DNA of 64,000 nucleotides from assembly GCA_964291235.2 (NCBI GenBank), contig OZ219815.1, forward strand, positions 96,001-160,000. The letters are read 5' to 3'. This document shows, in pieces, positions 28,952-38,541 of the stretch. The stretch is from Vicinamibacteria bacterium (lineage in GTDB: Bacteria > Acidobacteriota > Vicinamibacteria > Marinacidobacterales > Marinacidobacteraceae). The notes under the pieces are model-generated. The model was not told where the DNA came from, did not search any database, and saw only the letters and a program-made list of their open reading frames with translations. Positions within the stretch are counted from its first letter, which is position 1. Each line of letters starts with the position of its first letter. Made by a program: the position numbers and the translations under genes.

Positions 28952-29829
28952 TAGAACGGCGCCCCTCCGGCGCGGAGCCGTTCGGCGAGCCCGCGGGCCG
29001 CTTCCTGCACCTTGGCCTGGTTGTCGGGCCCGAACCGGAGCAGATGCTTGCTCGCATCGTCAAGCTCCTCGAAGCCCGGGTCGCGGTATTCGTAGCGCAT
29101 GACCTGCTCGTCCACCAACACCGGCAGGTTCGGCGCCGGAACCGCGGCAAGCCGGTCAAGGGCGACGAGCAGCGCGTCGGCGAAGGTGCGGTCGGGACGG
29201 CCGAGCTCGGCGTAGGCGGCGTCGAGGATGGGCATCGCCTCCCGGATCACCCGCGCCATCCCGGGGCTGTCGGCGCCGGCTGCCGCCTCCGCCACCGCGT
29301 CGTAGCGCGCGAAGGCGGCCGGGGCGACGTGGAGTTCCTCGCCCTCACCCTCGGCGCGAAACGGATCCGTCGGCGACAGCCCGGCGAGCGCCCTCCGCGG
29401 AGAGATCCCGTCGGCGACGTTGTCCGTGGCCACGGCGATGCGGCGCGCCAGGTCGTCGCCAAGCAGCCAGGCGAGAATGTCGGGATTCTCGGTGATCGCG
29501 GCGAAGAGGGCCCGCAGGAAAGGATCGCTCGCGTCGAGGGCGGGCAGCTCCGGCTCGGGCTCTTCCTCGACGACGGGTGGGGGAGCCGCCTCCACGACGG
29601 GAGGCGGCGGCTCGGGCGGCTTGCCCGGGCCGAAGGTGAAGTACCAATAGCCGGCTCCGGCAGCGATCAACAGCGCCGCGATGGTCGCCACCATCGTGTT
29701 CCGCCGCTTTCCGCCCGCAGCGGCGTCCGACGGTTCGGCTTCAGATTCGACCGGCTCTCCGTCCCCGGGCTCCTCGGCCCACTCGTCGTCTTCCTCCATT
29801 TCGTCCGTCCGCACTTGGTCGTCAGCCAT
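28951..29829 (-). CDS. DUF3014 domain membrane-anchored protein
   Basis: Single TM, Pro-rich linker, LPALDASD, YEYRDPGFEEL, KHLLRFGPDN. Confidence 0.82.
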   Translation of the reverse strand: MADDQVRTDEMEEDDEWAEEPGDGEPVESEAEPSDAAAGGKRRNTMVATIAALLIAAGAGYWYFTFGPGKPPEPPPPVVEAAPPPVVEEEPEPELPALDASDPFLRALFAAITENPDILAWLLGDDLARRIAVATDNVADGISPRRALAGLSPTDPFRAEGEGEELHVAPAAFARYDAVAEAAAGADSPGMARVIREAMPILDAAYAELGRPDRTFADALLVALDRLAAVPAPNLPVLVDEQVMRYEYRDPGFEELDDASKHLLRFGPDNQAKVQEAARGLAERLRAGGAPF

Positions 29830-30002
29830 CGGTCAACCTCCTGGATCAGCGCTGGCACTACAGCGGGCCAACCCGTTCAGGAGGCGGATCATACTGTCCA
29901 ACTATCCCGGCGAAGGGACGCGTACGGGCGCGCCGCAACGCCGGGCAGCCGGCGCGCAGCCCCTCGGCACTATCATGGACCCGGAACCGATCCGGGGATC
30001 AG

Positions 30003-30067
30003 ACAGCCTGTGGACAGAGTCACGCGGCCCAGTTCTCGGTGATCAGGTGACTTTGTCCACAGGCTGC
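30003..30067. mobile_element. Internally deleted, inverted copy of the 28.8 kb MITE
   Basis: CAGCCTGTGGACAGAGTCACGCGGC...TTCTCGGTGATCAGGTGACTTTGTCCACAGGCTGC closely matches the reverse complement of both ends of 28771-28951. Confidence 0.75.
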
Positions 30068-30104
30068 TCATGGAGGCGAGACTTCCGAATCAGGGTTCCG
30101 GGCG

Positions 30105-30284
30105 ATGATCCGGTTCCGTAACGTCGCGATCGTCGCGGGGATCGCGGCTGTCCTCTACGCGCTGGCGCCGGCCGCCCGCAAGGCCCGCTTTTTCGACAAG
30201 CTCCGGGAGTTCGGGCGGGCCCTCGTGCTGTCGCTGATCCTCTACTGGGTGCTCATCCTCGGACGCGCCTGGTTCGCGAACTGA
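30105..30284 (+). CDS. Small 59-aa membrane protein
   Basis: MIRFRNVAIVAGIAAVLYALAPAARKARFFDKLREFGRALVLSLILYWVLILGRAWFAN; two hydrophobic segments, GC-rich third positions; below the ORF track cutoff. Confidence 0.6.
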   Translation: MIRFRNVAIVAGIAAVLYALAPAARKARFFDKLREFGRALVLSLILYWVLILGRAWFAN

Positions 30285-30373
30285 GCGGCGGTGACCGAAC
30301 ACCCCGCGCCGCTTCCCGCCACCGGGGGGCGCCAGGCCACCGGCGGCGCAGATTCGAACGAGAACCACAGACC

Positions 30374-30799
30374 ATGAGCAAGAAAATCCAACGGACCAAC
30401 ACCGAGTGGCGAGGCCGGCTGACCCCGGAACAGTTCGCCGTTACCCGCCGCGGCGCGACCGAACCACCGTTCAGCGGGGTTCACTACCGAAACCACGCTC
30501 CGGGGGAATACCGCTGCGTGTGCTGCGGCGCGCTGCTCTTCGCTTCCGAGGACAAGTACGACTCGGGGTGCGGCTGGCCGAGCTTCACCCGGCCCGCGGA
30601 GGCCGACACGATCGCCACGTCGGTGGATCGCAGCCTCGGGATGGTGCGCACGGAAGCAACCTGCTCGCAGTGCGACGCCCACCTCGGCCACGTGTTTCCC
30701 GACGGGCCGCCCGAAGCAACCGGAGAGCGCTGGTGCATCAATTCCGTCGCGCTCGACTTCCGCCCGGACTCCCGCGATCAGGGTGACGACGATCGCTGA
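30374..30799 (+). CDS. msrB: Peptide-methionine (R)-S-oxide reductase
   Basis: TEPPF, CVCC, GCGWPSF, CSQCDAHLGHVFPDGP, RWCINS. Confidence 0.95.
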   Translation: MSKKIQRTNTEWRGRLTPEQFAVTRRGATEPPFSGVHYRNHAPGEYRCVCCGALLFASEDKYDSGCGWPSFTRPAEADTIATSVDRSLGMVRTEATCSQCDAHLGHVFPDGPPEATGERWCINSVALDFRPDSRDQGDDDR

Positions 30800-31544
30800 T
30801 CCGCTGTTCGCCGCCCTGCTGCTCATTCCGGTGGGTTTCGTTGCGGGAGTGCTCAACGTCGTCGCCGGCGGCGGATCGTTCCTCACGCTGCCGCTGCTCA
30901 TCTTCATGGGGCTCCCTCACAACGTGGCCAACGGAACGAACCGGCTCGCGATCCTGATTCAGACCGCCGCCGCCACCGCCGTCTTTCGCCGCGCCGACGC
31001 GATTCCAGCCTCGGTGATGGTGCGGCTCGGCGCCGCGGCCGTCGTGGGCGCCGCACTCGGCAGCACGCTGGCGGTCCACGTCGGAGAAGCGGCGTTCCTT
31101 CGCTTCCTGTCGATCGTGATGGTGCTGTTCACTCTGTTCCCGCTGCTCCAATGGGGCGCTCCGAACCCGGAGGGAGAGGGTGGGGCGCCCCGCGTCGGGG
31201 CGGGATTGCTGGCCGGATTCGTCGTGGTCGGGTTCTACGGGGGTTTCGTGCAGGCGGGCGTAGGGTTCTTGTCGCTCGGCGCCACGAGCTGGGCCGGATA
31301 CGGGCTGGTCGCCGGGAACGCGATCAAGGTGGCCTGCATCTTCCTGTTTTCCATCGTGTCGCTCTCGGTCTTCGCCCTGAACGGCGTCGTCGATTGGGGT
31401 ACCGGCCTCGCGCTTGGAATCGGCACCTTTGGTGGCGCCCTGGTCGGCGCCCGGCTGACCATCCTGGCGGGCGATCGCATCCTGCGGTTTATCGTCGCCG
31501 CCGCGACCCTGGCCTTTGCCGTCGCCCTGTGGCTGCGGACCTGA
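30783..31544 (+). CDS. Sulfite exporter TauE/SafE family protein
   Basis: AGGGSFLTLPLL, ANGTN, GFYGGFVQAGVG, multiple TM helices. Confidence 0.88.
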   Translation: MTTIADPLFAALLLIPVGFVAGVLNVVAGGGSFLTLPLLIFMGLPHNVANGTNRLAILIQTAAATAVFRRADAIPASVMVRLGAAAVVGAALGSTLAVHVGEAAFLRFLSIVMVLFTLFPLLQWGAPNPEGEGGAPRVGAGLLAGFVVVGFYGGFVQAGVGFLSLGATSWAGYGLVAGNAIKVACIFLFSIVSLSVFALNGVVDWGTGLALGIGTFGGALVGARLTILAGDRILRFIVAAATLAFAVALWLRT

Positions 31545-32752
31545 CCCCGGCCGCGCGGCGTCCGCCGCGCGAGCCCTGGGACGTACCGGCGAACGCCGCA
31601 CCGCACCGGCGGCTGCGACTCTCTCCGCCCGGCCCCTTCCGTCTCGAGAGCGGGGCCGTCCTGCCGCGCGTGGAAATCGCCTGCGAGACCTGGGGTGAAC
31701 CCGATCCGGACGGGGGGAACACCGTCTTGATCTGTCCGGCGCTCTCCGCCGATGCGCACGCGGCGGGACGGGGGGGAGGGGTGGAGTCGGCGCTCGACGG
31801 ATTCGGGGCCGAAGGCGCTTCCGGCGGGGATGGGCTCGGGTGGTGGGACCGCATGATCGGCCCGGGCAAGGCGTTCGACACCGACCGGTTCCACGTGGTC
31901 TGCATGAGCCTGCCGGGAGGCTGCGGCGGCACCACCGGCCCGCTGAGCCTGAATCCGGGCACCGGGCGCCCCTACGGACCCGATTTCCCGAGCGTCAGCG
32001 TCGGAGACATCATTCGGATATCGCGGGCCGGACTCGGTGAACTCGGAGTCCGGCGGCTCCGCGGGATTTCCGGCGGCTCGCTGGGCGGAATGCAGGCGCT
32101 CGAGTGGGCGGCCTCCTTTCCGGACGAGGTGGACGCCATCGTCGTGGTCGCCAGCACCGCCGGCCTGTCCGCCCAGGGAATCGGGTGGAACTGGATCGCG
32201 CGGAACGCCATCACTTCGGATCCGGAATGGCGCGAAGGACGCTACGCCGAGAGCGGAAACCGGCCCGTCCGGGGTCTGGCCACCGCCCGCATGGTGGGGC
32301 ACCTGACCTATCTGTCGGCGCCCGGCATGGACACGAAGTTCGGCCGGCGGCTCCAGGACCGGGCGGAATTCGCCGGGGACCTCCTCGCCGCCGATTTCCA
32401 GGTCGAGTCCTATCTCGTCCACCAGGCGGCCAAATTCAACCGCCGTTTCGATGCCAACGCCTACTTGCTGCTGTCCTGGGCGCTGACGCGGTTTGACCTC
32501 GCGAAACGCCACGGCGGCGGGGATCTTCGCGCCGCGGTGGACCGGTTCCGCTGCCGCACCCTCCTCCTCTCCTTCTCCTCGGACTGGCTCTACCCGTCCA
32601 GCGATTCCCGCCGCCTCGCCGCTGCGCTCGAGGCCGAAGGGAAAGATGTCGTCCACCACGAGATCGAGACGACGTACGGACACGACTCCTTCCTGCTGGA
32701 GGCCGGCCGGATGACGCCCCTGGTCCGCGCGTTTCTGGCGGGCGGTGGGTAA
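31529..32752 (+). CDS. metX: Homoserine O-acetyltransferase (start inferred at GTG 31529)
   Basis: WWDRMIGPGK, GGSLGGM nucleophile motif, SDWLYP, YGHDSFL. Confidence 0.88.
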   Translation: MAADLTPAARRPPREPWDVPANAAPHRRLRLSPPGPFRLESGAVLPRVEIACETWGEPDPDGGNTVLICPALSADAHAAGRGGGVESALDGFGAEGASGGDGLGWWDRMIGPGKAFDTDRFHVVCMSLPGGCGGTTGPLSLNPGTGRPYGPDFPSVSVGDIIRISRAGLGELGVRRLRGISGGSLGGMQALEWAASFPDEVDAIVVVASTAGLSAQGIGWNWIARNAITSDPEWREGRYAESGNRPVRGLATARMVGHLTYLSAPGMDTKFGRRLQDRAEFAGDLLAADFQVESYLVHQAAKFNRRFDANAYLLLSWALTRFDLAKRHGGGDLRAAVDRFRCRTLLLSFSSDWLYPSSDSRRLAAALEAEGKDVVHHEIETTYGHDSFLLEAGRMTPLVRAFLAGGG

Positions 32753-32910
32753 AGTGACGTGAGCGCCGAGGCTGCCAGTTCTCCCGGTGGGGGGAGGGCC
32801 CGGCTCAAGAAACAAGCGAACGAGGAGCACTCGCCGGGAGATCCGGGCCGCGCAACCTTGCCCCCGGACCGCCAAACCCGAGAAGCCAGCCCCGAGGAAC
32901 CAGACGCCCC

Positions 32911-34266
32911 ATGACCGACAAAGACGCCGGAGCCGAAACCCGCGGGTTCGGGTTCGCGACCCGGGCAGTCCACGCCGGAGCCCGCCCCGAGCCCTACAGC
33001 GGGGCGCGCGCCACTCCCATCTTCCAGACGAGCAGCTACGTCTTCGAAGACCCGGAGGCGGCGGCGGCGTACTTCAACCTGCAGGAATACGGGAACACGT
33101 ATTCGCGGATCATGAACCCGACGGTGGCCGCCTTCGAGGAGCGGGTCGCGAACCTCGAGGGCGGAGTCGGCGCGGTGGCCTTCGCTTCCGGGCTGGCCGC
33201 CCAGGCGGGCGCGTTCTTCACGGCGCTCCGGCCCGGGGACCACCTGGTGGCGTCGCGGGCGCTCTACGGCGGCACCCTGACCCAGATCAAACACCTCGAA
33301 CGCAAGCTGGGGTATGAAGTCACCTTCGTCGATCCGGACCGGATCGACACCTGGAAGAACGCGATGCGCCAGGAGACCCGCCTCCTCTTCGGCGAGACCA
33401 TCGGCAATCCCGGCGGCAACGTCCTGGACATCGAACGGGTGGCCGACCTGGCCCACGAAAACGGCGTGCCCCTGATGGTGGACAGCACCTTCGCCACTCC
33501 CTACCTCTGCCGGCCCATCGAATGGGGCGCCGACATCGTGGTCCACTCGGCCACCAAGTTCCTCGGCGGCCAGGGGACCAGCATCGGCGGGGTGGTTGTC
33601 GAGTCCGGACGCTTTCCCTGGGACAATGGCAAGTTCCCGGGAATCGCGGACCCGTCGCCGGCCTACCACGGGCTCGCGTTTCAGGCCACCTTCGGCGAGT
33701 ACGGGTTCTTGATGAAGCTGCGCGCCGAAACGCTCCGGGATCTCGGCGCCTGCATGTCGCCGTTCAACGCCTTTCTCTTCGCGCTCGGGGTCGAGACGCT
33801 GCCGCTGCGCATGGAGCGCCACGCGGCCAACGCCCTGGAAGTCGCGCGTTTCCTGACGGAGCGGCCCGAAGTGGCGACGGTGGCCCACCCGGGGCTTCCC
33901 GGAAGCCGATACGCGCCGCTCGTCGCCAAGTACCTCCCCCGGGGGGCCGGAGCGGTGTTCTCGTTCGATCTCAAGGGCGGCCGAAGCGCCGGAACGCGCT
34001 TCCTTCGGGCCCTCAACGTTTTCTCCCACCTCGCCAACGTCGGGGACGCCAAGAGCCTGGTGATCCATCCGGCGAGCACCACGCACCGGCAACTCGACGA
34101 GGCGGAATTGTCCGGAGCCGGCATCTCGGCCGGAACTATCCGGCTCTCCGTGGGGATCGAAGATCCACAGGATCTGATCTGGGACCTGACCCGCGGACTG
34201 GAGGCGGCCACCGCCGCTCCCGACCACGACGACGAAACCAAGGAGTCCATGGCATGCCCCCTGTAG
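32911..34266 (+). CDS. metY: O-acetylhomoserine aminocarboxypropyltransferase (sulfhydrylase)
   Basis: YSRIMNPT, HSATKF (PLP lysine), HLANVGDAKSLVIHPASTTH. Confidence 0.92.
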   Translation: MTDKDAGAETRGFGFATRAVHAGARPEPYSGARATPIFQTSSYVFEDPEAAAAYFNLQEYGNTYSRIMNPTVAAFEERVANLEGGVGAVAFASGLAAQAGAFFTALRPGDHLVASRALYGGTLTQIKHLERKLGYEVTFVDPDRIDTWKNAMRQETRLLFGETIGNPGGNVLDIERVADLAHENGVPLMVDSTFATPYLCRPIEWGADIVVHSATKFLGGQGTSIGGVVVESGRFPWDNGKFPGIADPSPAYHGLAFQATFGEYGFLMKLRAETLRDLGACMSPFNAFLFALGVETLPLRMERHAANALEVARFLTERPEVATVAHPGLPGSRYAPLVAKYLPRGAGAVFSFDLKGGRSAGTRFLRALNVFSHLANVGDAKSLVIHPASTTHRQLDEAELSGAGISAGTIRLSVGIEDPQDLIWDLTRGLEAATAAPDHDDETKESMACPL

Positions 34267-34787
34267 TCGCCTGCGAACTTCCGCCTCCCGCGCCGGGAGA
34301 CGGATCCGCCTCCGACCTCACCAAATACCAGGACGCGGGCGCCATCCGGCGCCTGCTGACTTCGGCCCGGACGGTGGCGGTGGTCGGCCTTTCTCCGAAG
34401 GAGCTGCGGGCCAGCTACTTCGTGGGCTTTTACCTGCAACGGAACGGATACCGGGTGGTGCCCGTAAACCCGCGCGAGGAAACGATCCTTGGCGAGCGGT
34501 GTTTTCCGAGTGTTGCGGCCATCGAGGAACCCGTGGACATCGTGAACGTCTTTCGGGCGCCCGCGGCGGTCCCCGGCATCGTCGAGGAGTGCGCCGGGAA
34601 GGCGAAGGCCATCTGGCTTCAATATGGGGTCATCCACCACGAGGCCGCCGAACGGGCCCGGGAACTCGGGCTGGACGTGATCATGGACCGCTGCATGAAA
34701 GTGGAGCACGCCCGCCACCTCGGCCGGCTGCACTGGCTCGGGTTCACGACCCGGCGCATCACCGCGAGAAGGCCCGAGAGCGCCTGA
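34254..34787 (+). CDS. CoA-binding domain protein (YccU-like)
   Basis: VAVVGLS, GYRVVPVNP, VDIVNVFR, WLQYG, MDRCMKVEH. Confidence 0.9.
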   Translation: MPPVVACELPPPAPGDGSASDLTKYQDAGAIRRLLTSARTVAVVGLSPKELRASYFVGFYLQRNGYRVVPVNPREETILGERCFPSVAAIEEPVDIVNVFRAPAAVPGIVEECAGKAKAIWLQYGVIHHEAAERARELGLDVIMDRCMKVEHARHLGRLHWLGFTTRRITARRPESA

Positions 34788-34801
34788 CGGAGCCGGGATC
34801 G

Positions 34802-35407
34802 ATGCCGAAGGGAGACACCGCCGCACCGGCCGACTCCACCATCCTCCGCCAGTTCGTGAGCCGGCCGCGCGAGATCGGCGCGGTGCGGCGCAGCTCCCCC
34901 GCCCTCGGCATCGCCATGGCCGAGGCCGTTCGCTGGCCGGAGCGGGCCGCGGTCATCGAAGCCGGAGCCGGGGATGGAGCGATTACCGAACATCTGCTCG
35001 CGGCCAAACCTCCCGAGACGCCGTTTCTGGCGGTGGAGCTGAATCAGATGTGTGCGCACGCCCTGGCGCGCCGGATTCCCGACCTCAAGGTGGTGGTGGA
35101 CGATCTCGCCAACCTGTGCTCCATCTGCGCCCGGGAGCAAGTGGGCGAAGTGGGGGTGGTAGTGGCCACCCTCCCCTGGTCGGTGATTCCCGAGGACAAG
35201 CAGACGACGATGCTCGAGGCGATCCTCGAGACGCTGGCCCCCGACGGCCAACTCTTGTTCTACGTCTATGTTCAGGCGCTTCCGTTCTGGACGCGCTCCC
35301 CGTTCGCCAAGGTTCTGGAGCGGGCGTTTTCGAAGGTCGAGCGCGGATCCGTCGTCTGGAAGAACGTGCCTCCGGCGGTCGTTTACGACTGCCGGGGACT
35401 CAGGTAG
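34802..35407 (+). CDS. Class I SAM methyltransferase, phospholipid N-methyltransferase-like
   Basis: EIGAVRRSS, VIEAGAGDGAIT, TLPW, VWKNVPPAVVY. Confidence 0.75.
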   Translation: MPKGDTAAPADSTILRQFVSRPREIGAVRRSSPALGIAMAEAVRWPERAAVIEAGAGDGAITEHLLAAKPPETPFLAVELNQMCAHALARRIPDLKVVVDDLANLCSICAREQVGEVGVVVATLPWSVIPEDKQTTMLEAILETLAPDGQLLFYVYVQALPFWTRSPFAKVLERAFSKVERGSVVWKNVPPAVVYDCRGLR

Positions 35408-36476
35408 CGAGCCGGGCTCCGATCCGTCCCGATCCCAGGCAGCGTGTCCCCGCATAGAGGACCGCGAACTGACCGCGGGCGATGCCCTGGTCCGGTTCGT
35501 CGAGGAGCACCTCCCCTGCCCCCGATCCATCCCAGGAGACCCGCGCCGGCGCAAGTTCGGGGCCGTGCCGCACCCGCACCAGCAGCCGCCCCGCGCCGGA
35601 GGACGCCCCGCCTCCGATCCAGTGGAGGTCCTCCAACCCGAAGCGCCGGACGGGCCGCCCGGCGCCGCGGCGCACCATCACCCGGTTCTCCCCGGGATCC
35701 TTCCCGGAAACGAACCAGGGACCCCCGGAGAGGCCGAGGCCGCGGCGCTGGCCGACGGTGAAGAGCCAGTGGCCGCGGTGGGTCCCGATCTCCTCGCCGG
35801 ACGCCTCATCCACCACCGGGCCCCGCCGGTCGCCGAGGTGGGCGGTGACGAAGTCCCGGTAGCGAACGCCCCCGAGGAAGCAGATCCCCTGGCTGTCCCG
35901 GCGGTCCTGGGGAGCCAGCGCGAGCCGGGCCGCGAGCTTGCGGACCTCCGTCTTCTGCAACCCCCCTACCGGGAACAGGGAACGCGCGAGCTGGCCGGAG
36001 CTGATCCGCGAGAGGAAGTAGGTCTGATCCTTCACCGGATCCGGAGCCCGATGCAACTCGACGCCGTCCGCCGCCTCGACCCGCCGCGCGTAGTGGCCGG
36101 TGGCCACCCGCTCGAACCGTCGGCCCGGAATCTCGGCGTCCACCCACTCGGCGAAGGCCCCGAACTTGATGCGGGAATTGCAGAACAGGTCGGGACTCGG
36201 GGTGCCGCCGGCTTCGAGTTCGTCGAGCAGATAGGCGACAACGCCCTCCCGGTAGGCGCGCTGCAACGGGATCACGCTGAGCGGAACCCCGACCTGCCCC
36301 GCGACCGCCCGGGCATACCGGAGATCCTCCTCCCAGGGGCACTCCCCCAGATGTTCCAGTTCGTCTTCCAGCCAGACCTTGAGGTAGAAGGCGTGCACCT
36401 CGTGGCCCTCCTCCACCAGCCGGGCGAGGGCGACAGAACTGTCCACGCCTCCGGAAGTAAGAGCGGCGACGCGCAT
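35400..36476 (-). CDS. mnmA: tRNA 2-thiouridine(34) synthase
   Basis: SGGVDSS, PDLFCN, ATGHYA, KDQTYFL, DSQGICF, GQRRGL. Confidence 0.95.
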   Translation of the reverse strand: MRVAALTSGGVDSSVALARLVEEGHEVHAFYLKVWLEDELEHLGECPWEEDLRYARAVAGQVGVPLSVIPLQRAYREGVVAYLLDELEAGGTPSPDLFCNSRIKFGAFAEWVDAEIPGRRFERVATGHYARRVEAADGVELHRAPDPVKDQTYFLSRISSGQLARSLFPVGGLQKTEVRKLAARLALAPQDRRDSQGICFLGGVRYRDFVTAHLGDRRGPVVDEASGEEIGTHRGHWLFTVGQRRGLGLSGGPWFVSGKDPGENRVMVRRGAGRPVRRFGLEDLHWIGGGASSGAGRLLVRVRHGPELAPARVSWDGSGAGEVLLDEPDQGIARGQFAVLYAGTRCLGSGRIGARLAT

Positions 36477-36591
36477 TGGCGGTTTCCCCGCCGGGAATGA
36501 TGACGCCCGTGGGCGGCGCGCGTCACCGCCGCCTCCCGAACGGCCGAACGGCGGTAGGATTCGGCCCGGCCGCGGCGGCGGCCGCCCACCC

Positions 36592-37080
36592 ATGCCAGAA
36601 GAATCCAGCAACCAAGCGAACGGCAGCCTCCTCGCCATCTGGGCCAAGGGAGCGCGGGGTGAACCCATGGTCCCCCGGTCCGACGGCGATCTCGTCAAGG
36701 GAGAGGGCCTGCTGGGTTCCGCTCCGGTCCGCGGGAAACGGCAGATCACCGTCCTTTCCCGCGAGGCCTGGCGGCGGGCCGCGCGAGAGGCCGGCGAACC
36801 CGGGGTGGATCCGTCCCTGCGCCGGGCGAACCTGCTGGTGTCGGGAGTGGACTTCCGGGAGACGCTCGGGAGGACACTCACGGTTGGCGAGACGCGGATC
36901 CTGATCCACGGCGAGACGAAGCCCTGCGAACGGATGGAAGCCGTCACCCCCCGGCTGCGCGAGACGCTGGCGCCGGACTGGCGCGGCGGAGCGTTCGGCG
37001 AAGTCGTGAGCGGCGGCAGTATCCGGATCGGCGATCCGGTCGCCTGGGCGGACGCCGGGGTTCCTCCTTCCCACGACTGA
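36592..37080 (+). CDS. MOSC domain protein
   Basis: RQITVL, RRANLLVSG, TKPCERM, WRGG, IRIGD. Confidence 0.85.
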   Translation: MPEESSNQANGSLLAIWAKGARGEPMVPRSDGDLVKGEGLLGSAPVRGKRQITVLSREAWRRAAREAGEPGVDPSLRRANLLVSGVDFRETLGRTLTVGETRILIHGETKPCERMEAVTPRLRETLAPDWRGGAFGEVVSGGSIRIGDPVAWADAGVPPSHD

Positions 37081-37089
37081 CCCGGGTTC

Positions 37090-38541
37090 TTGACCCAGCG
37101 AGCGCAGGACATCGAGAGTCCTGAACCGGTTCGATTCCCGCTCGCGCGGGTCGGGCCGATTGCCGACGACGCCGCGGGCGCCGTCGGGGACGCACGCCGC
37201 ATCGCTCTTCAGGTCCGCCGCGCCGGTGGACGCGCCCTGGTGGTCGGGGGGTTCGTCCGCGACGGAATGCTCTCCCAACCTACCGGAGAACCCGACCTCG
37301 AGGTGTTCGGACTTTCCGTGCGGAACCTGGAGCGCGCCCTGCGGCCGCTCGGCAAGGTCCGGCGGATCGGGCGGGCCTTCCCCGTGCTGCGCGTCGGAGG
37401 CCTCGGCGTGGAAGTGGCGCTGCCCCGCCGCGAATCGAAGACCGGGCCGGGCCACCTGGGTTTCGAGGTGGTCGTGGACCCCGACATGAGTTTCGCCGAC
37501 GCGGCCCGCCGCCGGGATCTCACCCTGAACGCCATGGGTCTCGATCCGCTGACGGGCGCGCTGTTCGATCCCTACGACGGGGCGCGGGATCTCGCCGCGG
37601 GGGTGATGCGGGCCACCGACGCCGCGAAATTCCCCGAGGATCCACTGCGCGGGCTGCGGGTGGCGGCGTTCGCTTCCCGCTTCTCGTTTACCGCCGACGC
37701 CGAGCTCCACCGCCTCTGCACCGAACTCGACCTCAGCGAGCTGAGTTCCGAGCGGATTCGCGAGGAACTCGCAAAGCTCCTCCACGGGAAAGAGCCTTCG
37801 CGCGGCTTCCGCTTCCTGGCCGCGACCGGACTGCTGCGCTTCCTCCCCGAAGTGGACGCCCTTCGTGGAGTCCCCCAGGATCCCGAGTGGCATCCCGAGG
37901 GGGATGTCTTCGAACACACCCTGCTGGCGCTGGATCGGGCGGCGGCATTGGTCCCGGAGGATCCCGAAGCGCGGCGCGCCTTCCTCTTTGCGACCCTCTG
38001 CCACGATCTGGGCAAGCCGGTGACCACGCGGGAGCGGAAGGGACGGATCACGGCGTACGCTCACGACGCCGCCGGAGCGCCCATCGCGCGCCGCTTCCTC
38101 GAGAGGTTGCGGGCGCCGCGTGCCCTGGTGGACGCGGTCGAAGCGCTGACGCACCGCCACCTGGCGCCCGCGTTCTATCCCCGCCAAGGCGCGAAACGGG
38201 CCGCCTACCGCCGTCTGGCGCGTGAAATGGCGGCGGCCGGCACGACCCTTGAAGAACTCCTGCGGGTAGCCACGGCGGATCAACTCGGGCGGACCACCGC
38301 AACCGCACTCGCCGGCCGGTTCCCGGAGGGGGAGGTCTTTCGGGAGCGGGCGGAAGCGGCCGGGGTGTTTCACGGACCGCCTGAAGACGTGGTCGGCGGG
38401 CGGCATGTCCTGGCGCGCAACATCCCGCCGGGCAAGGCGGTCGGGCGCATCCTCGACCGGAGCCGCGAACTGCAGGACGAAAGCGGGGAGACCGATCCGG
38501 ACAAGATCCTGGACCGGGTGATTTCCGAGGAGCCACCATGA
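37090..38541 (+). CDS. CCA tRNA nucleotidyltransferase with HD domain
   Basis: VGGFVRD, RRDLTLNAM, EDPLR, HPEGDVFEHT, CHDLGK. Confidence 0.88.
   Translation: MTQRAQDIESPEPVRFPLARVGPIADDAAGAVGDARRIALQVRRAGGRALVVGGFVRDGMLSQPTGEPDLEVFGLSVRNLERALRPLGKVRRIGRAFPVLRVGGLGVEVALPRRESKTGPGHLGFEVVVDPDMSFADAARRRDLTLNAMGLDPLTGALFDPYDGARDLAAGVMRATDAAKFPEDPLRGLRVAAFASRFSFTADAELHRLCTELDLSELSSERIREELAKLLHGKEPSRGFRFLAATGLLRFLPEVDALRGVPQDPEWHPEGDVFEHTLLALDRAAALVPEDPEARRAFLFATLCHDLGKPVTTRERKGRITAYAHDAAGAPIARRFLERLRAPRALVDAVEALTHRHLAPAFYPRQGAKRAAYRRLAREMAAAGTTLEELLRVATADQLGRTTATALAGRFPEGEVFRERAEAAGVFHGPPEDVVGGRHVLARNIPPGKAVGRILDRSRELQDESGETDPDKILDRVISEEPP

Noticed and set aside
30374-30799. Selenocysteine in MsrB (also considered for TlpA at 49113-49679)
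   Set aside because: Both have ordinary Cys codons and uninterrupted frames.
32753-32910. SAM or SAH riboswitch in the metY leader
   Set aside because: Only a loose GGAGGG/GCAACC resemblance; core consensus elements are not in the expected order and the 5' part is a MITE remnant. An Rfam scan would settle it.
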